This document shows positions 1 through 12,873 of a stretch of DNA of 64,000 nucleotides, one piece after another. A program made the position numbers and the translations under genes. Within the stretch, counting starts at the first letter, position 1, and each line of letters begins with the position of its first letter. The notes beneath the pieces are model-generated. The model saw only the letters and a list, made by a program, of their open reading frames with translations. It was not told the origin of the DNA and searched no databases. Source of the DNA: Bugula neritina (lineage: Eukaryota; Animalia; Bryozoa); the NCBI GenBank assembly GCA_964035545.1, contig OZ037771.1, forward strand, positions 10,854,480 to 10,918,479, given 5' to 3'.

Positions 1-3000
1 CTCTGGTGCAGTGCTCATCAACTAGAGTTCTGTACAGCCTGGCAGAGTTAAGACTAGAGTCTGCAATCACATTCTGATATGAGCATAGAAAATGGCAAAG
101 CAAACTGTATGACTTCAAAAGTGTGAAAATATTTAGCAGCTCTTAAGGTGTTACGCTATTACACTTTTCCCATTTGAGAATTGTTCATGATAGCTGTGCA
201 ATTGATTTCCAAGTAAAAAGAAGTTAAATTAAAGCATAAAGTCAGAGGATCTTCCAACTATTAATTATTCTTAAAATTTCATGATGGGCTGTTTTAAAGA
301 CAGGCTGATAAAAACTAAATACTGTCAAAATTTTGTATCATAGTTTTGACTTGGTTAGTTATCTTCTCTCACTATTTTGTGTATAGGGGGGGGGGGCACA
401 ACCACATTTAGCTGCAATAGTATAGATATTATAGTGTAGGTGTGATCACTAGGAATAATGTAATAAGTATACAAGAGAGTATGTGCAAGAGAGAGAGGGA
501 GGAGAGACAATCGAGTGAGAGACTGTAGATGCATAGTTTGTGTTATAACCAAGTTCTGAATATATAAAAAGGTGTGAGTGAGTAGACTAAATAGGAATGC
601 ATTATTGTGCTAGTAAGTGCTAGCCCAAGATCCTAGACTGATCCCAGACAGATACCTTAACCCCAAGTCCTAACTTCCTTATAGCAACCCATACCAACAC
701 ACCAGCCCTAAGCTAACTTGAAGGCTACAACATAACATTATTTGGTGTGGTAAAAAAATAACAGGCAACTCCCAAATTTGTTTTAACACCAATAAAGATC
801 ATCTAAGTTTCACTGAATTGCAGTTTAGCTAAAAAATCAAATGTTGGCAAATTTTCGGTTTTGTAAGATCAATTCAAGATGATACTGTTAGTCTCCTTAC
901 CGCACTACTGCACATGTATCACACACTAGCAGTGTGATCAGCTAACTATTACATACTAAAGTTTAGGAGCTGTTGACATGTTTGACATGTTTGACATGTC
1001 ATACAAAGAAACTTTACAATATACGCAAGTATGATTTACTTACCCTTTGATATCGATTGTGACGCAAGATTATTTACTTCACAAGTCTCATTCTCAGGTG
1101 AGCAAGTTAATTTTGTTTGAAAAGAGAGGTTATCTTCAGCTGCCTCATGTTGATCTGCAGGTAGAAATCTGTGCGAATTTTGGGTGTCACGAACCACAGT
1201 AGCAGTAGTAGTGAGTGCTGCCGCTGCTGCCGCTAGACCTACAGATTTCTCATCTGACTGCTTATCACTGACAGCTGCATTGTGAGTGTTGATATTCATT
1301 TCAAGAGCACTTGAATCAGATCTGTTGTGTACTTGCTCCTTCTCTGGACTCTTCTTGTTACTTGGTGATAAGCTGGAAACTCTATAACATGATTTAATAA
1401 AAACAATAGCAAATCTGTTATATATATATGGTGGTATCTTGTTTAGTAAAACACATTATATGTCCAAATTATTGCTAAACATAGTTAGGATAAATTCATA
1501 TTACTATTATTATTATATTATATTATTTTAATGTTCTAACACATTTTTGCATTGCCAAGACTAGAATTTACATTACATTGTTACATAATGTGCAAGACAT
1601 TGCGTACCCTGCGTAACTGTCGGAAACATGCTCTACATCGTTATGCTGTCTCAGGTTAGACGTTCTGTCATGATGAGCTTCTTTCATTGAGTTTTTAAAC
1701 TTCTAAAAAATTTTAATAGTTCAATCAGCACAATAGATTGCTGAATCACTTATGCACTGAAACAATATGTTTTCTGTTTAAGTCTTGATCAACTAGTGTA
1801 TATAGCTTTAACCATCACCAGCAACATGTCATTCTCTGAGCTGTGCATATGCACAGAATCAATTACTTTTTAAAATTTGCCAAATATCTAAGGCCACATT
1901 TGTGGTTCTCCAATCAGTATGTTCAACTAACACCCCAAACCAAGAGACATGAATCTAGTATAAGAAACAAGGCAATGCTATATATTGGCATACATTAGAA
2001 ATTCTATAGTTGTCACCTTTCCATCATCTTGAGTATTTCCCTTTGAATTCTTCAATGAGGCTTTTCTATTCCGTGATTTTGACTTATGTGATTCTTTTCG
2101 TTTAAACTTTTTAGATTTGTGACTTCGTGTCAATGTAGTTTCAATGAGTTTGCTAATATCCTCAGACAGCTCGTCATTGTTGTTCTTATTCTTCGGTTTA
2201 TGAGAATCTTCTGTACTTGCTGAAGTTGTCCACTTGTTACTGTTGTGCTTTCCTTTGTTCAATCTGCCTACAAATACTCAAGTTGTAAAACAGCTGGTTA
2301 CCAAAGCTAGGTATTGCACTTTGTGTGTCACCTGAGTCTGTTTATATGAAAAAGAGGATTGTTTAACAGCTTGCTAGTCCAGATCCTCCAAAATCGAAAT
2401 CAGACTTCCTTATTAAAGTTGAATGAAAAACAGTTTGGTTTAGTAGTTTTAATTTCTCAGCGAAAAACAGTCAACATTAACTTTAAAGACACCTCAATTC
2501 AGAAAGTTTGCTAATTGCATATCACAAATATAACATATTAAAACTAATACCATTAATATCATGGTTTATATTCTACGTTTTATGTTTTGCGCATTTATGT
2601 GTATGTATGTACGTACATAGTAGGCCTATACGTGTGTATGTACATGTACATATGCTTGTGTGCATGTATGTATGTATACATATATAAAATATGCTATAAT
2701 ATATACAAATGCATATATATGTATGTGTGTATGTGTGTATGTATGTATGCATGTGTGTATAAATGTATGCATGTGTGTATGTGTGTATGTATGTATAGGT
2801 GTATGTGTAAGAGCGCATGTGTGTATACATATATACAGATGTATGTATGAGGGCATATGTGTACTTATGTGTGCGTGTGTGTGTGCGTGTGTGCGTGCGT
2901 GTGTGCGTGCGTGTGTGCGTGCGTGTGTGCATGCGTGTGTGTGTTGGGAAATAACAAATGCAATAAACTGAACATTAGTGTTCATGTAAAGCTATGCTTT

Positions 3001-4819
3001 GAACAGGCTCTATCTATACACATGCCTGTATACAATTATCAGAAATATCCATACATCCAGTCACATGATCAAAGACAATTTAACTCTCAACATTATATTT
3101 TAAGGCAAGGAAAGATTCTAGCAGTTTACAACTCACAATTAAAAACAGAAGAAAAGTGGCAGATAATGTACTTAAATATAGTTGCTTCAGCTGTCTGTAC
3201 AAAGTGTTATACCAGTCTGTCACTACGCATACACCTACACAGGTGAATCTAATGCTGAACTAACCGCGAGTTCACAACACGCTTTATTACTAACTCATTT
3301 GAGTAAAGTTTGCAGCATGACAATTAGTTTGGTAATAAGTTATAACTAAACCAAGTCATTTTGTTTTCTGCCAATTTTCTTGGGCATAAAGTCCAAAATT
3401 CAATCAAATGGTATTTCAGATTTTATAATAGTAAGGATACGTACCATGTAGTTGCTCAAACTCCTTGTCTTTCTCCGCTCTATTTTTTAAACACATTCCA
3501 GCAAACTTTGACTCTAGCATCTTTTTCAAAGTCATTGTGTCTTTTTCTGTAAACCCTCGCTGCTGTAATAACGATGCCCCTTGCCCTTGCAGTTCATGAA
3601 TACCAAATCCGACTCGACCATTTCGAATAGGCAGGGCAATTAGTTCTTCATCTTTCCTCCAGATCACAATGAGTCCATCGGTATAGAAATCTGGCCAATC
3701 TATTTTGGCCATGTTGACATGACATCCGCTCCATGACCTTCGGAGAGCAACTCTTAGAGGACAAGAAGTTCCACGACCTGTCAAAAACTTTTTAATTGAA
3801 ATTAAACTCAAGTGTAAAGAACTCAGCGACTTGCTAAATATAAATTTGCCACACAAGGCATTGTTAACTAATAATTGTCATCTTTAATTCATCAGATTAG
3901 TGAAGTTTTTATGAATTTGAGAGGTTTTTTAAATAACATGCTAGTAGCAAGCCAACAGGTGAGTCCAGGCATATCTTAAGCACTTCTACCTGTGAGTTAG
4001 GAACCATAGTATTAGCAGAACTCAGTTCAAGCTTCTGACCAAAACTAAGTTTGCAGCACTTACTGAGTGTGACATACATTTAAGATCAGGTGGCCTTTAC
4101 TACTTCTGATTTGAGTTCCCTACTTACTTGTGCTGAATGAGAAGAAGCCATCTCCCCAGTTGACTATCTAGAACATTATCTAAATGCAACTCGAAAGTCT
4201 CTGCTGACTTAACCCTTGACTCAACCTTTGACTCAAAGCTCAGGATGAAGGGCAGCAGATAATCGCTACGTTATAAGAGTATGCTAGACACAATTGAATG
4301 AAATAATAAACAGCTTTACTTACGGCCAGCTCCTGCAGGGTTCCTGCAAGAAGTAGGCATTACGTTAGAGGGAATTTTTCAGCAGAAACTCAACGCATAT
4401 GACTGGAATGCAGCACTTTAGCTGAGCATAAACAGCAGTGAGTAAATAGTAAGCTATATACTTTTATCAAACACACACTGTATATAATGATACAACTCTC
4501 TAACAGATATTAGTAGACAGCAGGATTTCCTTTAAACCTTACAAATGCAGTGATAATAGATTTTAATTTATCAACAAATCATTACTGTAGCCATTTTTCT
4601 TCCATATACTTTCAACAGCTCTGAAGTCAGTTAATACATGCAATTTATAGCTGGCATTAAACTGGGCTGACCACACATTTACCTGCTTGATGTGGTGCTG
4701 CCGCTGCTGCTGCCGCTACTACTGCCACTACTACTGCCAGTACTTGAGCCACTTCCTGAACTAAAACCGCTGCCTGTGATGGATTCCTTCTTAGCAGCTG
4801 ACTTTCCTCCAAATGGCAT
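1..4819 (-). CDS. Uncharacterised multi-exon protein, 3' end outside the window: Gly/Ser-rich N-terminus, one ~110-aa globular-looking exon, then Lys/Ser-rich low-complexity sequence
   Basis: Exons 4819-4683, 4343-4324 (20 nt), 3777-3445, 2267-2017, 1702-1608, 1381-1044 and 60-<1. All have GT-AG ends and compatible phases (2,1,1,0,2,1). They give one open frame MPFGGKSAAKKESITGSGFSSGSGSS...RRGTSCPLRVALRRSWSGCHVNMAKIDWPDFY... Track ORFs 3416-3856, 1978-2262 and 1036-1299 are parts of it. No family recognised. Confidence 0.75.
2590..2945. repeat. Compound (TG)n/(TATG)n/(TGCG)n microsatellite in an intron
   Basis: Directly visible; it produces the overlapping low-complexity ORFs at 2573-3246. 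Confidence 0.95.
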
Positions 4820-5164
4820 TCTGTATACTGGAGCACAGCTCAAAATGACAGCACACTAATATGCTACATGCCAGTTGAGTATTAGAAAATATATATCTGT
4901 ATATTATTTCTAATATCTCATTCAACTAACAATAACATTTGTTTTCAGTGGTAACCTCGAATACTCTGTTGTCAAAAATATTTAACCTTTTACTGACTTT
5001 ATGTTGTGGAAGCAATTAATGATGACTGTTTGAATATTATTATGACTTTACTAATTAAGCCCCTGAGAGCTTCTCCCCAATATATAAAACCCTCTCACAA
5101 TAACTTACAAAATTCAAATTATTAGACTAAGGAGCTTAAAAATTAGTTTAACTGCCCTAAGTTA

Positions 5165-5508
5165 GCCTAGGGCCACACGGTGCGTATTTTCGCATGCGAA
5201 AATTGAAACCACAAGTAGCAAAGGCGTCCACTGTAGCGTCAGTGATGGGTGATAAATAAAGCGTTCATTTTTAAATCGCACTCGCTTTCAATAAAACGCA
5301 ATTTACTGGAATTTAGTACTAAAATAAAGAAATTGGGCTCGCTTAAAAACTACCAGCCAATTAGGTGACGACGACAGAGACGATTCGCACTTGCGTTGAA
5401 AATGCAGAGCGACAAGTGCGAATGTTTTCTCAACGGGCACAGTGGACACCTTTGCTACCTGTGATTTCAATTTTCGCATGCGAAAATACGCACAGTGTGG
5501 CCCTAGGC
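5165..5508. mobile_element. MITE, PIF/Harbinger (Tourist)-like
   Basis: ~70-bp terminal inverted repeats GCCTAGGGCCACAC(G/T)GTGCGTATTTTCGCATGCGAAAATTGAAA... with TTA on both flanks (5162-5164 and 5509-5511). No coding capacity. Confidence 0.85.
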
Positions 5509-6443
5509 TTAGATACTAATACAGTATCCAATAAAACTAAATTAGTAAAACTGAACAACAAAGAAATACCTGTAGAAAAATCCAATGCAGTGAGTTAAGA
5601 GGCCATATACTGAATGAAAACATTGCCTGAATTATCCAATACATTCCAGAAATTGTTTAATATTTGTCAGCATAAAATGCTGTGTAGCAACTTTGAGGCC
5701 ATTGAGAAGGAATGGCTGATATTAAATACAGTAACCACTCATATGCACATTATTAAAACAAGAAAACTACTTTCTCATATGATCAACACATTAATAATAC
5801 AAGAAAATGCTGGAACATATGCTTAGACAAAACTGAAATTTGAGACATTCAAATTATCTCCAGTCCTTAGCCTAGTTAGATGAATACAACCTCCCCTTGT
5901 TCAATGCCTAAGTTTTAGAGGTGATTGCTACTTTTCTATTGGTCACAATGGTTACTGCTAGCCAATGTAAAAGGTAGAAGGCCACATAAACCTATAGCAT
6001 ACTATTATAACATATAACATTTTGACAGCCAAAAACTGCCAAAGCACTTGTTTAAACAGAGATTTAGTTAGATTTTACACCGTATAGCAAACAGATCAGC
6101 TAAAAACAAGCAACCTAATGATATTAGAAAGAGGGCAAACCAAAGTTATAAATATTTGTAAATTTTATTTGACTAAATAACAATAAAAACTATTGCATTC
6201 AGTCATATCGTTTGATAAACAATGTAATAAATGAGATAGAAGTTCAAAGCAACCTTTTGTACATATAAATACATTGAAACGTCACCTACTGTAGCAAATT
6301 AAAGCACAAAATACATGAAATATATACATAAATATAAACAGAATTCAAACGTGACTGGGACAAAGCTAGATTAACAATATCATTAGCTATGGACCACTAA
6401 ATAGTAAGAACAGCTCAGCTCTGTCTAGCTGAATGTGCGATAC

Positions 6444-6549
6444 AACATGTGGACAGCTCGCTGTAACTGTAACATGTGGACAGCTCGCTGTAACTGTAAC
6501 ATGTGGACAGCTGCTGTAACTGTAACATGTGGACAGCTCGCTGTAACTG
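6444..6549. repeat. 27-bp tandem repeat x4 in the TBL1 3' UTR
   Basis: Unit AACATGTGGACAGCTCGCTGTAACTGT. Confidence 0.9.
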
Positions 6550-6603
6550 CGCAGAGTATCTGTCTCTTATAAATGTTAGTAGAAAAGTGAGATAAGCAGG
6601 AGA

Positions 6604-9600
6604 TTAGGTAGACTTGGAACCTCTAAGGTCCAGGACATAGACTGAGCCATCAGAAGCACTAGCTGCCACCTTATCCCCTCTCTGATTCCAACAAACTTCA
6701 AATATGCCGCCTGTGCCTCTGTAACTCTGCACTAACTTTCCACTCTTCAACAAAAAGAGCAAGCATGTCACTAAACTATAATATTATTATATGTATGTGT
6801 AGATAGATGTATACACTTGCACTTATATGTGTGTATGTAGCAGCCTGATAGCTTTGTTTTAGATTGTTAATATAATGTTGACAAAATGCTATTGTAAGTG
6901 TACTAAAAATATACTGCTAGTAAGTTGTTAGTATACTGCTAGTAAATTGTTAGTATACTGATAGTATATTGTTAGTATACTGATAGTATACTGCTAGTAT
7001 ATTGTTAGTATACTGATAGTATATTGTAAGTATACTGATAGTATATTGTTAGTATACTGACAGTATACTGTTAGTAGTGAATGAGTACCAACTGCTACAC
7101 ATGCTAGGAAACAATGGAAAATTGATTTGAAATATGTTTCAATCTCGCTATGCTTCCTTTATGAAGAAGTATCAAACTGTAGTGGTAAACAGTAGTTAGT
7201 AGAATGTGAATATTGAATATAGTAAGTTACACAACATAGACTGAGACCATAGCAACTGTGGTAAATGTAGGGACTGAGGCTTACCTGTACACTCCATATG
7301 TGAACACACTTGTCAAAAGATCCACTGGCTAGGTATTTGCCATCCGGACTGAAGCCAACACTGTACACTGGTTCGCTGTGCTTTGTAAGAGTGTGTACGC
7401 AGGCGCCCTTCTCTACGTCCCATAGACGCACCGTGGTGTCAAAAGAAGCACTGAAAGTGTAAGTGGAGTCAAAATGAATATGCTGTTCCATTGTCCTCTA
7501 CATTACAGTAAGCATAGAGTAATATATACTTTGGTATCAGACCTCAAGGCTAGTCTTAGTACCATTATTCAAGTCAATTTAGAAGGCTCTGGAAACAACA
7601 GACTAAAGTAGAAGTCCGACTAGGTGTAGAGGAAATTATGCAAGTTTCTAGCCTAGCTTAGCTCTCTTAGCTACATTGAGAGCTTTCTACAGCGCAGTCA
7701 GTGCTAGCTCAAACAACTCAAGTTCTTGGCAAAAGCTGGCGCTAGTGAACTGGTTGTACTTGTTAGAAAGTAAGTAAGTAAGTTGATATATTCTCTTTAA
7801 TGTTGTGGAATACAATTGTTTATTTGTTTCAAAGTCTGTGCTATGATTATGTAAGTTTTAGAATTTATTGTAGTATTGGTGGTATCAACTAAACTAGCTC
7901 ACTATACCAGGCAAATCAGGTCACCTAACAGTAGCTGCAACTCACCTGGCCAGATACAAGTCTAAGTTAGGATTACTAGTGCCTGGACCAGTTGGGCTCC
8001 ACTTTATTGTATAAATCTCTTTGTCATGTGCCAGCAGGTTGTGGACGCATCTAGTGCTGTCCATCTTCCAGATCTACAGACAAGTCATCAACAATTAACA
8101 CAGATGTTAATGTAACACTGCAACTCACTACTTACCATTCAACATGTCTTCAACTCCGTAACCCCTCACCAACATATGTGACTGAGACGTGTGTCTCATA
8201 TAGAAACTAACACACGGAGTTACATAAAGTCTATCACCCAATTACATTATCTAGTATTATCTAAAGTTGGGTGAAACTAGTAGACCCAGGAAACATTATA
8301 TTAGCCAGACTAACAACAACTTACCCGTAAACTCATGTCATCAGAACAAGAAGCTAAGAGTTGACCTTGGGGATCCCACTTAATAGCGTTTACCTCATGC
8401 TAGAAAATATAACAGTAAAAACATCCATATCAATAACAATATGGTATCATAACCTTGATATAACTTCGATTGAACTGTTGGAGCTGAAAGAATTTACTGG
8501 AGCCTAACTTACCGAGTGACCCTCAAAGGTTTTGACGGGACGTTCTTTACCCAGCTCGCACACGTGGATAAACATATCAGTAGAACAGGAAGCAAACTCT
8601 GTGCTGCTCTTCCAATCTACGTCGAGAGCCGGAGCAGTGTGGAATGCAAACTGCTGCTTACTCTGCCCTGTCTGCGCGTCCCATATAATCGTAGTCTAAA
8701 ATGCCAATGCTCTGAGGCTATGACAGACTAACGAGTGAATAATGTACTGTATGATAGAACTAAAGATACCTTTCACAGGATGTGCTGTCACAGAGCATTC
8801 ATTTAGTCAATGTTCATCAATGTTATAAGTTGCAAACTCTCATGTTGATGGTAGCAAGTCAAATAAATAAAAATGTCAGTAACCATTCAATTCTTCACTT
8901 GAACTCATTCCAGACCCACTATGCAGTGAAAGTTGGCAAAAATTACCACCAAATAAACACACAGCGAGTCCACTTTTCACATGCTAATATTCACCACAAA
9001 TACATATAGAATTCTATCGCTACATGATGTTGAATGCTACCTTGTCAACTCCTGCTGATAGAATGTAATTCCCTTTCTTATTCCATTTGAGTGCGAATAT
9101 AGGTCCCTTGTGCTGGCCGAGGGTGGTGAACAGCTTGCCTTCCGTGCTCCAGATTCTAGCGTATCCATCATATGATCCCGTCGCCAACAATGTACCGTCA
9201 CACTGAAAACAGGAAACACTTTGTCAGCCATGTTGATCGTATATCTATTGACGCCATATGCAGAGACAGAGTAAATGTCTAAAGTGATGTGACAGACACT
9301 CACATTCCAGTCCAATGACGTCACGTCTTTGTTACTCGGCACTTCAGCGTCTCCCATCTGAATGCAGTGTCTCAGCACCAGCTGATTGGCAGCTTTGTTG
9401 GCTGACGATGCCATTTCATTCATGTTCCATATTCGGGCAGTTGAGTCTCCTGACCTACAGTCATTAATATTATGAGTTATGGGACTCTACTAACACTCTG
9501 ATACTAGTATATCACCTCACTAACACTCTGATACTAGTATATCACCTCACTAACACTCTGATACTTGTATATCACCTCACTAACACTCTGATACTTGTAT

Positions 9601-12600
9601 ATCACCTTACTAACACTCTGATACTAGTATATCACCTCACTAACACTCTGATACTAGTATATCACCTCACTAACACTCTGATACTAGTATATCACCTCAC
9701 TAACACTCTGATACTAGTATATCACCTCACTAACACTCTGATACTAGTATATCACCTCACTAACACTCTGATACTAGTATATCACCTCACTAACACTCTG
9801 ATACTTGTATATCACCTCACTAACACACTCACTCTAGAAACTCACCCTGATGCCAGTATATCATTTTTAGGGTTCCAGGCACATATAAACACTTCGGACT
9901 CATGACCTCGGAGCACCGTTGTTCGACTGTCGGGAATTTCAATGGCCGCATCTATTTCCATGTCTGCTGCGTCACCACGCCCTCCTGCTGCAGCTGGTGT
10001 GACTGTTGGATAAAACAAAAGCTCATATAATACAGCATCACTAGATAAAAGGCAGCCATGTTGTAGTGCAGTTCTTGTGTCTGATATGACACAGACATTC
10101 ATAAACGCGCATCAACCAAGTTTCAGGCTTCTCAGGGAAACTTCAAACAAAACCTAAATTAAACAAGAATATAATATACTTGGTGAATAAAAACAGGTAA
10201 AGTTGGGAGACAGAATTTGGCAAATTTATCAAAGAGAGTGACAGGTGTTGGCACCACTAACTGCACTACTGATAGAAAGAGAAGGAGGGAGGAGAGAGCA
10301 AAGTCAGATAATACAACCTGCTGCCTTGACCTTCGCCTCTGAAACATAAAATCATGCTGCCAATTGCAGTCGCTTCGATTCTAGACGGGTTGCACAAAAG
10401 TTAGCACATACAAATGGTTCTCAGACAGCTGTTCTCACAAGCCCTACCTTCTTGTGAGCCGTTAAGGGCATTCTGTTCAGAGATAATCTGAGCCTGCTTA
10501 GCGGCAGCCACCTTTCTTGACTCCACCACATCTGGCATAACGGCGTCTATCAGCGAGAGAGATTCTATGACCCTCTCAGACCCATCCTGTGGACAGCATA
10601 GAATAAGTACAGTAAACCTGACCACCACACATCTTTTTAGTTGAAGATGACAGAAACCTGGTAAGTTTCTCAAATGGGACAATATGAAATAGGAGAGGAT
10701 AACTGTAAGCTGCTTTCTAATATCAATATAGGCTTAATTTCAACTAGCATCAATGAGACACACTGACAATGTAATGTCAACATGGAAATAAGCAGATGAC
10801 TGTCCATCCTTCTGCATGTTTAAAACGACAGGATTTTGTATTAATACAAGTATAAAGCAAACCTATCAAATTGACTTGATTAATTACATTGTTTGTAAAA
10901 GCTAAATGTAATTATCCGCTTAGTCGCTTACACCATGAGTAACATAACTGGGTACCACTAAGGGTATCATGGAGTTATCCTTCCTGAACACAATGTTATT
11001 ACTATAACTGCTTATTAGTGGTGTCATGATGAGTTTCAATACAGATAGGAAAGGACTTATATTTATACTATGCGCCTATAATTAATTAGTATAAATAAAG
11101 TATGAAGTTATGGGAAACAAAAAATAGAATACAATTACATATTATCTAAAAATCAATAATTCAGAATTGGTACTACAATTATATGCTTTTATAAGCATCA
11201 TAACTAGCAGTTTTTTGTAAACAAAATATTTTTTAAAATAATTTAGTGAGCGTTCAATTCAGTTAATTAACAGGCTACCATCAGGTGTGACTTTATGATA
11301 CATATTGGCTGTAGATGTATAATAGGACTATAGATGTACAATAAGACTGTAGATGTACAATAAGAGTGTAGATGTACAATAAGACTGTAGATGTACAATA
11401 AGAGTGTAGATGTACAATAAGACTGTAGATGTACAATAGGACTGTAGATGTACAATAAGACTGTAGATGTACAATAAGACTGTAGATATACAATGAGACT
11501 GTAGATGTACAATAGGACTGTAGATGTACAATAAGACTGTAGATGTACAATAAGACTGTAGATGTACAATAGGACTGTAGATGTACAATAAGACTGTAGA
11601 TATACAATGAGACTGTAGATGTACAATAAGACTGTAGATGTACAATAAGACTGTAGATGCATAATAAGGCTGTAGATGCATAATAAGGCTGTAGATGTAT
11701 AATAATAATAATGGCTAGTAGTAGAATTACACTCACTTCTGCTATGCTAATCTCGGCCTCTGTATAGAACAGGCCCCTTTGTATGATGTTAAGCAGAGCA
11801 GCTGGGGGCACCAGAGCTCCATTGATATTAGACTGAGATATATGACTTTCTATTCCAAATGTGTAGGCTGAGTGTGAGAACCCTTCAACAAAACAAGAAT
11901 TGAATAATTACTACACTTTAACCAAGGCAACAGAATGGTTCAAAAGCAGCTTCGAGTTGGGGGTGACCGAGTGCAGCAGTTTGCAGGTTTTTGAGTTTGG
12001 AGTTGGGGTTTATTGAAGCCCCCAACTTCAAAATTGAGAACCTAAAAACTACTGCACCAAGTCACCCCCAACTTGGAGCTGCCTATAGAAGTATTTAAAG
12101 TAACAGTACGGAATAATTGAATTTTATTAATTCAAACTAGAAAATATTGGTCATTATAGTATAAAACTACTTGATAACTGAATAATGTACTAAAGGGATT
12201 GACATGCTTCAGGTTAGTAAAGCATACATCCTCCACTCATTTTGTGAGGACAACTACTGATACATTTCCTGTCACCAATAGTAAAGTATATGCAGTTGTA
12301 GGTAGATGACTGATTGAGAGTTAACAACCCTAGCAGCTCGCTCGCTAAGAATATGAGCCATTTTACTTAATTTAAAACACACTGGAAATCTCCAGTTTTT
12401 AGCTATTTTTCACAATTTAGCTGCTAATGAACATGGTTTTTTCCCAAAACTAGTAAAATATCAATAAATACACTCAAATAATCAAGGTTCTTTTCAATTT
12501 TTCTTGATTTCCTATGTTTTTTCCTAATTATTCAGTTACTTTTTATTGCGGACCGCTACGAAAAAACCGTAACGGTCCGCAATCCAAATTAGCTAAGTAA

Positions 12601-12873
12601 AAAAGAAAAAACATGGGAAATTAAGCAAAATTAACAAGAACCTTGATTATTTAGGTGTATTTATTGATATTTTACTAGTTTTGGGGGGAAAAAACCATGT
12701 TCATTAGCAGCTAAATTGTAAAAAATAGCTGAAAACAGGAGATTCCCAGTGTGTACTATATTAAGTAAAATGAACCATATGTAAAACCAAAAAGCTAATA
12801 AATCTTTGACTATACCAGATTCCAGGAGATATCGATAAATAAGAAAGTTGACTTCATCACTGTTGAAAGACAT
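6604..12873 (-). CDS. TBL1XR1: F-box-like/WD40 repeat protein TBL1XR1/TBL1X (ebi), NCoR/SMRT co-repressor subunit
   Basis: Exons 12873-12816, 11882-11737, 10586-10448, (optional 10338-10318), 10002-9846, 9454-9304, 9202-9041, 8695-8513, 8399-8325, 8073-7946, 7450-7285 and 6744-6604. LisH N-terminus [52 protein letters not shown]40 motifs [56 protein letters not shown] and GGIFEVCWN. Confidence 0.97.
6905..7075. repeat. Degenerate 11/22-bp minisatellite in a TBL1 intron
   Basis: GTATACTGATAGTATATTGTTA-like units. Confidence 0.85.
9490..9829. repeat. 30-bp minisatellite x~11 filling a TBL1 intron
   Basis: Unit CTAACACTCTGATACTAGTATATCACCTCA; no variable spacers. Confidence 0.95.
11309..11700. 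repeat. 19-bp minisatellite x~20 in a TBL1 intron
   Basis: Unit CTGTAGATGTACAATAAGA. Confidence 0.95.
11946..12082. mobile_element. Short palindromic MITE-like element
   Basis: GCAGCTTCGAGTTGGGGGTGAC at the left pairs with GTCACCCCCAACTTGGAGCTGC at the right, and the inner arms also pair imperfectly. Confidence 0.7.
12351..12780. mobile_element. ~430-bp fold-back (palindromic) non-autonomous element
   Basis: Two ~200-bp imperfect inverted arms (e.g. ACAATTTAGCTGCTAATGAACATGGTTTTTTCCC / GGGAAAAAACCATGTTCATTAGCAGCTAAATTGT) centred on GCGGACCG..CGGTCCGC. A related copy lies at ~27270-27740. Confidence 0.85.

Noticed and set aside
2573-3246. His/Thr/Tyr-rich and Cys/Val-rich ORFs
   Set aside because: Microsatellite translations.
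8516-8731. Plus-strand 71-aa ORF
   Set aside because: Antisense shadow of TBL1 exon 8695-8513. The same applies to 28800-28991, 34048-34416 and 19186-19377 over PVF and ATG3 exons.
11267-11736. Repetitive ORFs in three frames
   Set aside because: They come from the 19-bp minisatellite; only 11737-11882 is a real TBL1 exon.
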